Shown: positions 22,722-35,866 of the stretch, one piece after another | Layout: every line of letters starts with the position of its first letter | Numbering within the stretch: the first letter of the stretch is position 1 | Source of the DNA: Enoplolaimus lenunculus | Taxonomy: Eukaryota | Direction: 5' to 3' | Length of the DNA: 64,000 nt | NCBI GenBank assembly: GCA_030248215.1 | Contig: JASANG010003005.1 | Location: 1 to 64,000 of the forward strand | Made by a program: the position numbers and the translations under genes | Notes under the pieces: model-generated | Databases searched by the model: none | The model's input: only the letters and a program-made list of their open reading frames with translations | What the model was told of the DNA's origin: nothing

Positions 22722-25700
22722 ATGCCACCCAAAAAAGCAGCTGCTCCGAGACAGCCAAAAGCGCACCACAAAGGAAAGGCAGTCGGCAGCGGGACAATTT
22801 TAAAAGATTTTACAAAGCAGGAATGGATTGTCGGGCAACAATTTGCTTCTGGTGGATTTGGGTTGATTTATTATGCAAGCAAGGTAACGTATTGTAAGCA
22901 TGTGTGACATGCTGGTCCGCTGTGTTCGCACATGTAATATAGTGCAGCTGTTCCTGTTCCTGCTTTCAAAGATGCAGGAACCGTAATTTTTACGGTTGTG
23001 TGTCAAATTACTAATAATCATTTAAATATTGGAAACTTTGTCTTTGAAAAATTGTTGTTTCGAATTGAGTGTTTTTGTAATTAGCTCAATTTTTGGTATG
23101 TTTTCGCAAAATTTAATGATGAAATAGCTAAAAATAACGAACTGGCAAGTTTGCTAAAAAGTCCAACAGGAATTCTTCGATGAAAACTTTTAAATTCCGG
23201 TTCCTGTTCCGGTTCCTGCAAAGAAATTTATTTCCTGTTTCTGTTCCGGTTACATTTAGTTCCTGCTAGTACTCTCATATGTATGCTAGCCGGCAGCATA
23301 GCGTCGGCATATACTTATATAGTTGACGATAAAAGACGTTGGAGATGCGGGCTACATGTAACATGGTTCAGTGGTAACAGCGTCTGCCTGACACGCAGAA
23401 AATGACTAGTTCGAAACCGTCTTAACCCGCTTTTCCAGCTGCTTACTTAAAAGGACTGAAGTCCCTGTTTCTAGTTCCTACTTAGACTGACATGGGGGCT
23501 ACGCCGTAAGCGCAATCGTGAATTGCCGCGTTGTGAACACGGAATCCACGCCAGTTGCACATTCATTATACTGCAGTGCACTGTATGTATGCTAACCGGC
23601 AGCATACGATCGACATATATAGTCGACGATAAAAGTAGTTGGAGAGACGGGCAATGAAACGCAGTGATAACAACGACTGTCTGACATGCAGAAGGTCAGA
23701 GTTCGAAACCACCCGTTACCCGCTTTTACAGTTGCTTATTCAAAAGGTCTGAAGTTTCGGTTCCTACCTAGATTGACACGTATAAATGATGTAAATTGGT
23801 GACTAGGTGCGTGAAACCGGATATCGGGCTTTGGCATTATTGCAGATACCAAAAATGCCGCTGCCGAAGCAGGATAAGTGCGGCTTAAGATTGTTTAAGC
23901 TTGCGCTTTGGAATAGGAGCTGGCTGAGATACTGTTACGCCCCTAAAATAACATTTATTCGAAGCGAATTCTGATTCCGATTGCACAATCAATCGGAATC
24001 GGAATTTTGATATTTTATTTTTAATCCTTTAATCCTTTGCTGTTTGCCAACAGATACTTTAAATCAATATTATATTTGTCAATACAAATTTTCCGTACAG
24101 TCACAAAATTTTTAGTTCAGATTCCGATTACCTGGCTTCTCCACAGCTTGAAAATTTCCGCCGGGGTTCCTGGGGGCCCCCGGGAGTTTCCTGGGGGGCA
24201 GCTAATTTTGCTGGAGGGCAGTTTTCTTGCCCCCCCCAGATGATTTGGGAGGCCCTGGAGGGCAGGCTCAAAATTTTGCAAGCCGACTTTTTGGACCATT
24301 TTTTATTCTAGATCGTGTTTCCAACTCAACTGAAGATTACTCATCGCTCAACATGACAAAAATTCCCCGCAAACGCTAATAACAATAATTTTAACTAATA
24401 TTACTGACAACTTTACCAGAAGTTGAAAGAAGCACAATTATATAAAATATAGATAATCTATAATTGAAACTGTGATTAACATATTTTATATATTAGTCCC
24501 AGCTTCAGTTTATCATATGGGTCAGGCGTGTTTTAACATTGAAAATTTTTGGCTTTGGAAAGTCCTGGGGGCCTCCAGCAAAAAATTTGCTGGGGGCGGC
24601 CGAAAATTCGCCGGGGGGCCTTTCCTGGGGGCGGCAAAATTTCCGCCGGGGGGAAAATGAAAATTTCGAGAAAAGTGCTGGCACCCCCCGCCCCGCTGTG
24701 GAGAAGCCAGATTACAATTCCGGTATAAATTTGCTATTCCCATTCGTTTCCGGAAAAATCCAGTTCCGCTTTGCACCCTGTCTTTACAATACATTTATGA
24801 CCGAAAAAATGCAAAAGTAACTCCGTTAGTTTCATGGCAGTTGGCATTAATATAAGTGATTGTTCCAATTTTCTGAAGTTTTCTAAAAACATCCGGAATA
24901 TTAAAATACCGGAGTTGGATGTATTGCTATCCCTAATTTTGTGATGAAACATCTAGGAAATTATCATTTATAGGGATGTGCTCATACCAAAATGTTTGTA
25001 GATGTTAGTACCGATGCCGATTTTATGTTCATTCCAGAGTGCATTTCCATTCCATTGCACCCTTGCCGATTCCTATTATAATACACTATGCTTAAACAAC
25101 AAATAGGATAGAACCATTATAAATGTGAAGACTTAAACCTTAACAGTCATAAAAATTATTAGTTTAAGAGAATGGTTCATTTCAATTAATTTTATCATAC
25201 GAAAATGATAGCATTACAATTCACAGTTAAGTGTGAACTTCGATGATTGACTTATACGTATATACGTACGTACGCATTGCACAAATATTTGTCATTGTTT
25301 AAGAAAGAAGGTAATTGTGATGGCAGTGCTCGTCGTCAAAAAGAAAAGAATGATTTTGTCGTCAAAATGGAACCCTACAGTAATGGACCATTGTTTACTG
25401 AGATTCACGTGTATCAAAGAATTGCTCGGAAACAAATGATCGACGACTGGATGCACAGCCGAAGTATGTTTTAGACAACACTCTCTGCGAATCAGCACAA
25501 CAAACTAGCTGTGGCTCGGAGAGCGCAGTAGAACACGGCCATGCTTATATAACTGGATTTACAAAGGCAGGATATACATAGTCTGGTTTCGAAATTTGGT
25601 ACGGATAAGATGTATAGTGATGTTCCGCTATGCCTATACCAATGATGATTTTTATTATTTAATATTGGCGTGCAGATGCCAATTTTAATATATAATGCTT

Positions 25701-28700
25701 AAAGAACCGCCAGGACTATATTCATCATTGTGCGACCGGATATGCGGGCCGGTTTAATAGTCAGCAGAAAACTGATATCCGTATGCGGTCTGGGTATCTG
25801 TTATAAGCGTATTGGATATTCACGGCGATGGTTCCGCCTTTACGCAAGGCAGAAAGTTCAGATTTTGATATGCTGAAGTAAAAACGAAAAGTTCAAGCTA
25901 TTAACCATTGATTCTAGTTACTTGAATATATGCTTCTGCGCCGCTTAAATTCTTCAAACTCCACAATTTTAGATGCTATATCCAAGGTAAAGTTGCCCCA
26001 GGGAGCTTGTACCAATCGGTACCATAACTATATCAAAATGAGCTATGATATACGTACGTAATATTTATTAGGGATGTGCCGATTAATCGGCATCGGTAAT
26101 AATCGGCACTTTTCAAGAGTATCGCCATTGGCACTGCAAAAAGTTGCCGATTTATTGCCGATACTTATTGCATATAACAGTCCGTTGGAATGCTATCCGT
26201 TTCATTTTTGGGCGCATATCAGTGTGTCTGGTCAGGAAAACTGTTATTTCTCGCGTTTGTGTTTGAAAAATTAATTGAAATGAACCATTTTTAAAAACTT
26301 ATAATCGTTTATGATGGTTAGAGCTTAAGTCTTCACATGATGAAATGCAGTATATATCCTTTTTAAGCATGGTGCACTAAAGTTGGAATCGGTATCGGTT
26401 CGGCATCGGTGAAAAGTTTGGTATCGGCACATCCCTAATATATGATGGCAAGGGTGCAACCGGAATTCTGGTTCAGACATTTCTTTACCTTCCGGTTCCT
26501 GTAAATTTTTACCAGAATTGAAAATTCCGGTATTAAAATTTGGTTTTGAAATAAAGATATTTTGATATAAAATGACGATAAAAATTAAGTAGATTTCAAT
26601 AAACCATCGACGGTATAGTTCGCTTACGTGGATTATGAAAATCTGAAATAAAGCCGAAAAAGTGAATACCTATCTCCAACTAGCGTTATTTCACCAATAA
26701 TATTGCAAAAAAGAACATTAAAATGAATTTTTCGGTGACATGTATTTTTATTTTCTGGTTCCGTTTCCGGTAATTTTTCCAAATTCCGGTTCGGGTAAAT
26801 TGTAATTCCGGTTGCACCCTGCCTGCTTGCTATGAACACAAACACCTAGTATTAATGCACAAAATATACGCTTCGGAGTTTCGCCAAGCGTTTTATATGT
26901 CCGTCCGTCCGAAAAGAATCTCAGGAACCGCTGAACCGGTTTTGATAAACCTTTTTGTTTGAAAGCTTTTTATCATAGAGCGTTCACCTCGCATTGGGAT
27001 TTTAAAACTTTACGCCGGTTATGAGCTACTGGCTAATTTGCATAATTGAATAAGCCTAAACTAGTACTTTTTACTGTATTACTATTTTTAGAGTTACAAG
27101 CAATCCAATTTCATCACCAAAGGGTTTCTGGGAACGAAAAATCAGAATAAAATCTTTATAAACCTCCAAAACTGATAATTGAATTGAAAATTTGCATATT
27201 AGCTTAATTAGTTAAGCCTAATTTAGGACTTTTTAAATTATTTCACAAGTATGTCCATGCTTCGCTCAATGTTATTTAGTTGTACTACGACTGGTTATGC
27301 TCGATAACGGTCAAAAATTGGCCTAGACCAAACAGTCTCGGTTGTCGGGTCTCGGTCTGTAACCGAGATCGCACATCCCTGTTTCCAATTTACCGGAGCC
27401 GTCATTAGAAGAAATTACTGAAAACGGAACAGTAACCGGAAAATTAAAAATACATGCCACCGAAAAGTTCATTTTAATTTTAATTTTTGCAATACTATTA
27501 GTGAAATAACTTTGGTTGCAGGTAGGTATTCACTTTAACTGCTGTATTTTAGATTTTCATAATCCGCAGAAGCGCACTGTACTTTCGATGATTTATTTTC
27601 TGTGATTGTCAAGGTTTATATACTATACGAATGAAACCTATACCAGGCAGGGTGCAACCGGAATTCCGGTTCCGGCATTTTTTCACCTTCCGGTTCCGGT
27701 AAATTTTTACCGGATTTAAAAATTCCGGTGTTATAATTTGGCCGTTTTCTTAACTTTGCTAATTTTTAAGAATCTCTTTTGAAAGCCACTTGTACTCCAA
27801 ATATAAGCCAATGATGGTGGATTTCACTTCAGTCTACGACGAAAATCTAAAATACAACAAATACAATAAATACCTATGTTCGACTAAGGTTATTTCACAA
27901 ATAATAGAGCAAAAATAAGAATAAAATGAAATTTTTGGTGAAATGCATTTTTCACTTTCCGGTTCCGTTTCCGGTTCCGGTAAAATTTTCAAATTCCGGT
28001 TCCGGTAAATTGTAATTCCGGTTGCACCCTGATACCAGGGTTCCATCGGAATTCCGATTCCGGCAAAAGTTGACTTCCGATTCCGGCTGACTGCTGTTCC
28101 GATTATTCCGTTGGTTTTTTCTTAGTAAATATTCCGAGTTTTTACGTGTATTCCGTCAGATATATAAACAATTTTTACTGAAACTGCGAACAGTAACGGA
28201 AACAGGCGTGATGCAACAAAAGTTAAAAGTTATACACCTTTAACTTTTTATTAGAATTACTAAAACTTGATTCGGATTCCGACTCCGGTTTCGACAGAAA
28301 AATTTGATTCCGTTTCCGATAAAATCTAGTTCCGGTAGGAACCCTGCTGTTAACTAATTTGCATATTTGCTTATTGGTTATGCCTAAATTGTGACTCTTT
28401 AAGTTATTTCACTAATTATCAGGGTTACAAACGGTCTAATTTCAGCAATAAAGGGTTTTTGGGTGCGAGAAATCTGAATAAACGGTCTAGAAACCTTGAT
28501 AACCGATTATTTAATTGTTAGCTAATACCTAATTTGCATATTTGCTTAATTTATAAGCATAAATTAAGATGTTTTGCAATATTTCACTAATTATTACGGT
28601 TCTGAAGAGTTTTTGGGTGCGAGGCGAGGAATTTGAATAAATTGTTTACAACCCTGCAAAACTGATAAATGAGTAGTTAGCTAATAACTAATTTGCATAT

Positions 28701-31700
28701 TAGCTTAATTGCATGAGTGTGTTCAAGCTTCGCTCAATGTGCAGTCTCACTTCGACTGGTAAAAATATAGTCAGACAGGTAATATGGCATTGCGACAGAT
28801 TTCCACCGAATCCAGTTCCGGTTTTATCGAATTTTAATTCCTATTGAAACTCTGACGTCTGTGCAAATAGCGTATTTATCGCGCTGGTTCTACCGATTAA
28901 TTAAATGGGTGTTAAGTTCTGTAATGTTATCTCAGTGCAAAGGGCTTTTGATTAAGTTTGTAATCTAAATCTGTTTACAGAAATGAAATTCCTCGGCGTT
29001 CCACCGTTCATAAGCTCTGGAATGCATCTGGATAAAGGGTTCAAGCTGCGCTTTTTGGTCATGCCAAAATACGGTTCGGATCTGGAAAGTGTACGCATCA
29101 AAAAGTTTGCTCCGGACAATGTGTTTCCAGCTAAAGCAACATTCAAGCTTGCTATTACGTGCCTCGATATTTTGGAGTACATAAATGGTCATAACTATGT
29201 ACACGCAGATCTTAAGGTTCAAAGTGTTGTATATACTTTTATTGATAAGATTGTGTGTCCAGATGAGTTACCGTTTTTGATTAAAAATAGCGTTCCGCGA
29301 ATACGTATTTGGCGAGATGCGTAGCACTAATTTTTCACAACTACAAATATATCAGGGTTCAGCCGGAATTTCTGCAAAAATTCAATTCCTAATCAATGCA
29401 TGCAAAGATGCAGGAACCGGAATTTTTACCTTTTTGTGGTAAATTATACATAAGAACCTAAATATTGAAAACTTTGTCTTTAACAAGTATATTATTTCGA
29501 AACTGAGTGTTTTTGTAATTACTTCAGTTTTGTTAATCATATGAACACGATAGTGTTCATATATATAATTCGCGCATCTCAAGCGCGTATTTTCAGTTTA
29601 GTTAGCATGTTGGTGCTCAAGTAATATCAGACCGCTATCGTTTAAATTTTGTACATTGGTATCCTGGTACGTAGGGAATATTTGTGCCAAAGGATTTGGC
29701 AAACCAATGTGGTCTTCAATAGTTACGGTCAAAAAACTCCTTACTGAAAGTGCACGAAATTTTTCATTTTGGTTCGTTGATTTCACCCCAACGGTTGGTG
29801 TCACCCCAACGGTTGCTTTCACCCCAACGGTTGCTTTCACCCCAACGGTTGGTTTCACCCCAACATTCGGTTTCACCCCAACGGCTGGTTTCACCCCAAC
29901 GGTTGGTTTCACCACAACGGTTGGTTTCACGCCAACGGTTGGTTTCACCCCAACGGTTGGTTTCACCCCAACGGTCGGTTTCAACCCAACGGTTGGTATC
30001 ACCCCAACGGTTGGCTTCACCCCAACGGTTGGTTTCACACCAACGGTTGGTTTCACCCCAACGGTTGGTTTCACCCCAACGGTTGCTTTCACCCCAACGG
30101 TTGGTTTCACCCCAACGGTTGGTATCACCCCAACGGTTGCTTTCACCCCAACGGTTGGTTTCACCCCAACAGTCGGTTTCACCCCAACAGTCGGTTTCAC
30201 CCCAACGGTTGGTTTCACCCCAACGGTTGGTTTCACCCCAACGGTTGGTATCACCCCAACGGTTGGTATGACCCCAACGGTTGGTTTCACCCCAACGGTT
30301 GGTATCACCCCAACGGTTGGTATGACCCCAACGGTTGGTTTCACCCCAACGGTTGGTTTCACCCCAACGGTTGGTTTCACCCCAACAGTCGGTTTCACCC
30401 CAACAGTCGGTGTCACCCCAACAGTCGGTTTCACCCCAACAGTCGGTTTCACCCCAACGGCTGGTTTCACCCCAACGGTTGGTTTCACCCCAACGGTTGG
30501 TTTCACCTCAACGGTTGGTTTCGCCCCAACAGTTGGTTTTACCCCAACGGTTGGTTTTGCCCCAATGGTTGGTTTAACCCCAACGGTCGGTTTTACCGCA
30601 ACGGTTGGTTTCAGCCAAACGGTTGGTTTCACCCAAACGGTTGGTTTCACCCCAACAGTCGGTTTCACCCCAACGGTTGGTTTCACCCCAACGGTTGGTT
30701 TCACCCCAACGGTCGGTTTCATCCCAACGGTCGGTTTCACTCCAACGGTCGGTTTCACTCCAACGGTTGGTTTCACCCCACAGTTGGTTTCACTGCAACT
30801 GATAGTTTTACCCCAGCGGTTAATTTTGCCCCGAGGTTAGTTTCACCCCAACGGTCGGTTTCAGCACAAGGGTTGGTTTCACACAAACGGTTAGCTTCAT
30901 CGCAACGGACGATGTCCCCCCATCGTTTGCTTCGCCCAACTCTTGGTTTCATACAAATACTTTGATTAGGCGCTTGTTGCCATGACAATAGTTTCTTTCA
31001 ACCAAGCGATCTATTTAAACTCAGTATTTAGTTTAATCGGTCCTGTCATTTTTCATAACCTGGATTGGTGGATTAAAGCAGCAGCTTGGTAAAGCGGTTG
31101 AAACTAGAAAAAATGCTCAGCACTTGAGCAGCAAGGGATATGTTTCATATTCCTATTAAAAGGATGGTAAACTAGATCAGCACATTCGCTTGATGTAACC
31201 TGGAAAAGTATTAAGAAACAATAGCGTCCAAAATCATGTTAACTATTAATTTTTCTGAAACATATTGCGGACAGCAAAATTTCTGTAATTTTCTTTTTGT
31301 AAGAAACAGATGCTTTTCTTGAATGCAAAGCGAAATAATTTCTGAAATGCAGACAGATTTAGCTTGGAATCCATAAATGTATATTGAAGTTCTCTACAAT
31401 AACGCATTAAATTTACCCATGGCTTTGTATTACCATAGTTAATTGAATTTCATAAGAGCATTGTGTGGCGACATAATGGCTGTGTTAGTCCTGATGACCA
31501 ATTTTGTTAGATACTTTCTTAAACAGACGTCACAAAACGAATCGTAATTGATAATTTAAAAAAGCTCCACTTATAAGTGACTTTGAGTTTACTCGATTTT
31601 TGACCTTAGTGACAAATTCTATAAATGCGCATTTCCCACCCAAGTTATCTGTTTCACTGCATAGTCACGACTATAGAAGCTCACAAATCGCATCGTATTC

Positions 31701-34700
31701 TGGCAACATTGATTAATGTGGCAAAATCAAAGAGCGGTATACCTCAGCCATGTCTCTGCAACCCTAAGAAATTTCTGAAAATTCCCAACAAATCCTGTCA
31801 AAAAGTTTAAAGTTAGAAATAGATTTGCTGTCCGCAAGATGTTTCAGAAAAATTAATAGTTAACATGATTTTGGACGCTATTGTTTCTTAATACTTTTCC
31901 AGGTTACATCAAGCGAATGTGTTGATCTAGTTTACCATACTTTTAATAGGAATATGAAACATATCCCTTGCTAGTACTATTAGGTTACTCACAATTTTGA
32001 AAATTTTCTTTAGTCATTTGTTCGTTATTTCTCTAAAAAGTCCAGCTGTAATAGGTGATAATGATTATTTCAAATTCCTGTTCCTGTTTTGGTTCCTGCA
32101 AAAAATTCGTTGCCTGTTCCGGTAAAACTTAGTTCCTGTTGGAACCCTGTATACTGCTTTTATAGTCCACTATACGTGTCGACCGTATGCTGCCGGTAAG
32201 CATACTATGTAGCGCAATGCATTTGCATAAATTTTTCCGGTTTTGTAGCAAATTATAAGGAAACAGCTTAAAATTAAAGTTACGTCTCGAAATTTTTAAT
32301 TGCGTTATAGTCAATATAGCAAATTTTTCGTAATACAATATATTTGCAATTTACTGTCCGGTTATTATTCCTGTTCCGGCAAAAATGTATAAAACATCAT
32401 CGAAAACTGACCTTAACCGGATAATAAATTGCACATATTATATTTCAATAAAAAGAACATAACGCTAATTCAGCATAAATTTGATACATGTACTTACGTA
32501 ATTTTATTGTTTCCATGTTTTTCTTTCTGTAGGCTGAAAATTTATTGCTTGATAAGAACGATGCGGAACACCTGAATTTATCACATTGTTATTTGGTCGA
32601 TTTTGGACTTTCTCGGCGTGTTGATCCACATGCGCCGTTAATATACAAAGAAGATCCACGAAAAGCTCATGATGGTACTACCATATTCACAAGTCTTGAC
32701 GCTCATCGAGGAGCACCAATTACCTATCGTACGGACATCGAAGTACTTGCTTACAATATTCTCTATTGGTTAACTGGGACTCTACCGTGGCGTCATTTGT
32801 TTGAAGACCCCGTTGGAGTTCAAGTTTCAAAAGAAAGTTTCCGTAGCAGTTTAAACACTTCGGTCAAGGTAAGAGTATGCTCACCGTTCACTGGATTTAA
32901 TTTATTTCTTATACAAGCGCGTAACTTGGTACCTTTCTTGTACAAAAAATGTACCAATCAAGTTTAGTTACGTTTCAAGTTTTGTCCTTCCAGTGTGCGA
33001 CCGAATATCTGGTTCTGACTTAATAACCGGCAAAAACCGATATCCGTAGCCGGTTCTGGTATCCGGTATAAACGTACCGAATATTTACGGTTGTGGTCCC
33101 GAATACCATAAAGCAGTTTTTGAAAAGTGGACATTATTACTTAACCCGGGCAAGTAATTTCACCCACCTAATAAAGTGAAAATTTTACCCAAGCCAACTA
33201 TTGTGATTAAGTAAACTTATACTTTTGCGTGACTCAATTGTTTTCAACAGTGCTCATATTTACATGCTATCTCTGGTTCCGATAAAAAATCCAATATTCA
33301 TCCGGCAAATTGATATTCGGTCGCACCCTTGCCCATGCCCGAGCACACTGGAGCAGAGAGCGAATTGCTGTAACGATTGGACATTCTTGCATTTGCTTGT
33401 TGCTTCCATTATGCACCTTACCGGTATTTGCTATGTTTCGCTCGTATAACGGCATAATATTCAGAAAGTAACATGGTAGCGTAAACACAGAACATAACGC
33501 TGTGTGGTACAATGTATTATTTAACTGCATGCTCTTGTTTAAAGAAAAAAGTCATAATTCATAAATTGTATCTAAAACAGTCAGCAGTGTTTGTTTTAAC
33601 CGCGTGTGGGAAAAATACTTAATGTGTGCTGCTTAATACCGTTTGCGTTTTAGCCCTAGTATCATGTTCACCGCTTTGTTTGAATTCGGTTCCTTTTGGT
33701 TATGTTCGAGTAACGGACAGCCGGTTTGCGCGTTTTTCTAGGTTGCCCTTGCTGGTTCCAACAATTCCAATTATACCGATTGTTTAGTAGAATTGCTACA
33801 ATATGTTTTTGATATGGAGTATGATGAAATACCTAACTATGAACATTTGCGAAATATATGTCGTAAAGTTGAAGAGAAAACTAGCAGGTCGTCAGTTCAA
33901 TACAGACGGTCAATGCAGCGACCAAGCCCTGCGAAGAACTCAGTATATAATACGGAACATTTAAATGTTGACAACATGCGTTCAACTGTAGATATTCCAA
34001 GAAAACGCCAGCGTGGGAAACCTGAAAATTTAAAAACTGACGGCTTTTCCACCCGTGGAAAAAAGACTGTCACTCCAAAACGAAAACTTCGAGCTGCAGA
34101 TCAAAGCACTCCACCGCTATTTTTACAGGCTTCGTGCACTAATCATGATACAGACGTCAATGGTGTTGCTCGACAGATGTTGCAATGGCCAGAAAAAGTT
34201 GAAACAAAATGCAGTGTAATTGAGAAACTTCGTCGCGCACGTAAAAACAGTAGCGATAGTTCAAGTAGTAACAGTAAAATGAATAGGCAGAGCCCGAGAG
34301 CTGAAAACTCTGTTCGTCAAAGTTTAAAAAGACGTCAGCAAGGAGAAGAACGTGCCCATAGAAGGACTCAAGGAAAACACAAACAACGTCAAGCAAACAA
34401 TATTATTCCTTGTCATAGAGTGCTTGCAACTAAACAGCAACCATCACTTGCGGAACACACAAATCGAAGGTCAATCGGAGTGGTTTTGGTTCGAAAATAC
34501 ATTAGACAAAGTATCTCAAAACAGCAGCCGCGGCCATTTCAAGCAAACAGCATTATACCGGGGTTAAATGGTAGTGTTGTTCCTCCGGGCTGCAAGCGAC
34601 GTGTGATCGGACTGAAACAGAAGAAAGGCAAACAATCAGTAGTTGCTCGAAACGAAAATGAAAACATCGAAGGTAAAATCAATGAAAAGCCCCTTGAGCA

Positions 34701-34746
34701 ATCTACACAAACTTCGCCAGGGGTTTGGATCAAACGACGAAAATGA
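22722..34746 (+). CDS. VRK1: Vaccinia-related serine/threonine kinase (VRK1/vrk-1, CK1 group), complete, 5 coding exons, ~632 aa, long basic C-terminal tail
   Basis: Exons: 22722-22883, 25304-25463, 28981-29216, 32533-32868, 33742-34746. GT-AG introns; phases join to 1899 nt. Motifs: WIVGQQFASGGFGLIY, VVKMEPYSNGPLFTE, RFLVMPKYGSDL, YVHADLKAENLLL, YLVDFGL, KAHDGTTIFTSLDAHRG, DIEVLAYNILYWLTGTLPW. Confidence 0.94.
23278..23785 (+). repeat. Two tandem copies (~306-bp period) of a tRNA-Val-derived repeat; third copy at ~20465-20615
   Basis: A-box TGGTTCAGTGG (23364), anticodon arm TCTGC-CTGACAC-GCAGA (23383-23399), B-box GTTCGAAACC (23409). Shared 3' body (AAAAGGNCTGAAGT) and shared upstream segment. 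Confidence 0.7.
24132..24710 (+). mobile_element. CTGGC-ended MITE with 5-bp TSD (family X2), nested in a hAT-like MITE in VRK intron 1
   Basis: Perfect 16-bp TIR CTGGCTTCTCCACAGC/GCTGTGGAGAAGCCAG; TSD ATTAC (24127-24131/24711-24715). Confidence 0.85.
26069..26437. mobile_element. hAT-like MITE (ATCGGC motifs), VRK intron
   Basis: TAGGGATGTGCCGAT...ATCGGCACATCCCTA TIRs; related starts at ~11205 and ~12708. Confidence 0.7.
26450..26821 (-). mobile_element. Diverged relative of MITE family A
   Basis: AGGGTGCAACCGG...CCGGTTGCACCCTG ends; interior related to family A but distinct; similar fragments at ~22394-22620 and ~27385-27600. Confidence 0.7.
26872..27295 (+). mobile_element. Helentron/DINE-1-like element, short degraded copy
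   Basis: GTCC microsatellite, GCTTCGCTCAAT and ACTACGACTGGT end. Confidence 0.7.
27648..28031 (-). mobile_element. hAT-type MITE family A, copy 5 (VRK intron 2)
   Basis: TSD ATACCAGG (27640-27647/28032-28039); inserted at the terminus of another CAGGG element. Confidence 0.9.
28036..28346. mobile_element. hAT-like MITE
   Basis: CAGGGTTCC...GGAACCCTG TIRs with TTCCG arrays. Confidence 0.6.
28350..28760 (+). mobile_element. Helentron/DINE-1-like element, 3' fragment
   Basis: About two internal units plus the GCTTCGCTCAAT...CGACTGGT end. Confidence 0.65.
29781..30950. repeat. 18-bp minisatellite (TTCACCCCAACGGTTGGT)n, ~56 regular plus ~9 degenerate units
   Basis: Directly visible; lies in VRK intron 3. 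Confidence 0.97.
31130..31972. mobile_element. Foldback element with 149-bp inverted arms (VRK intron 3)
   Basis: 31130-31278 is the reverse complement of 31824-31972 with about 3 mismatches; no clear TSD. Confidence 0.8.
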
Positions 34747-35866
34747 ATCATTACTTCCAGACGTAAATTTTCAGTATTTTCCGGGGCAAAATTTAATTAA
34801 TTAATCTTTTATTCCTGTATTTAAACTAGAATACGTATTATTTTGTTGTTGATGTTCAACAACATTAGTGGAAATCCTAAGATTCTTGTAGCGATCGTCG
34901 TTGTTCCAATAAAAACCGGTTCTGTAAACGTTATAACAGTCTGTCTTGTGTAATAAAATAGTGTTCAATTGTACAGAACTAGAATCCGATTTGTTCAAAT
35001 TTTGGGTTGCCTTTCAAATTCCATTCGCCTTTACCTGATTCGTCTTTCATAAGTTTTTCATCAGAAGCCAAGATCGAAATATTTACCTTTCATAGTATTT
35101 AAAAGTCTATCCACTGCGTGGGCTTTTGTCCAAACCTTGTGTAGCGTGTAAGACAACTTATGCATGAATATCGAGTTAGGGTTGCGATATACTTGACGTC
35201 CGTCACCGTGCGGCACCCGTACGTCACCATACGTTATCGTACGTGAGTTATTTGCGTACGCTACCTCACAATGACGAACGGCGCCATACGGGTGGCGGGC
35301 GGCGCCGCACGTCAAAAAAGTATAGCACAACCCTTATTATATTTAAGTACGATTACAACTACATATTATTCCGGATAGTACCTTACATAAAACATAATGT
35401 CAATGATTGTCGTCAGGATGTAAACGGATAGGAAGCGGAAAACGGATATTCAAGTATACGTTTCAAAAAAATTTTTATTTTTCTGCCAACATAATTTATT
35501 GATGCTTCTATATATTGTTCACCGGTCTTTCAAAAATTTTAAAGAAAATGGCGGATGCATCGAAATTTTGGCCCATGTTACTTTTAGGATTAGGCTTAGG
35601 AACACATTTTTGCAACGCTTAGGTTTAGGCTTTGGAATACGTTTAATCTACGGTTACGCCCCTTAAAGTAACAGGCCGACATTATTAAGATTCTTAAATT
35701 TCGTAAGTTTGATTTCATTTCGAACAACTGCAGCTTCTATAACAAAAATTGCGGTATATATACTTGGTTTTTGACTAATTTTGAACGTTACACCGATTTT
35801 CACTGGAAACGGAAACGGATCACCGCTTTTCACCGTAAACGGAATCGAATATCCGGTTGCATTATG

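Noticed and set aside
23360..23430. Functional tRNA-Val gene
   Set aside because: Acceptor and T stems do not pair properly and sibling copies are decayed, so it is treated as a tRNA-derived repeat.
29217..29324. VRK exon 3 ORF read-through
   Set aside because: The catalytic loop HADLK|AENLLL requires the donor after 29216; the read-through peptide has no kinase similarity.
29598..30840. Long ORFs (392 and 394 aa) of VGVKPT/VGFTPT repeats; also CRISPR-like periodicity
   Set aside because: By-product of a stop-free 18-bp unit in a VRK intron; no unique spacers, no cas genes, eukaryotic context.
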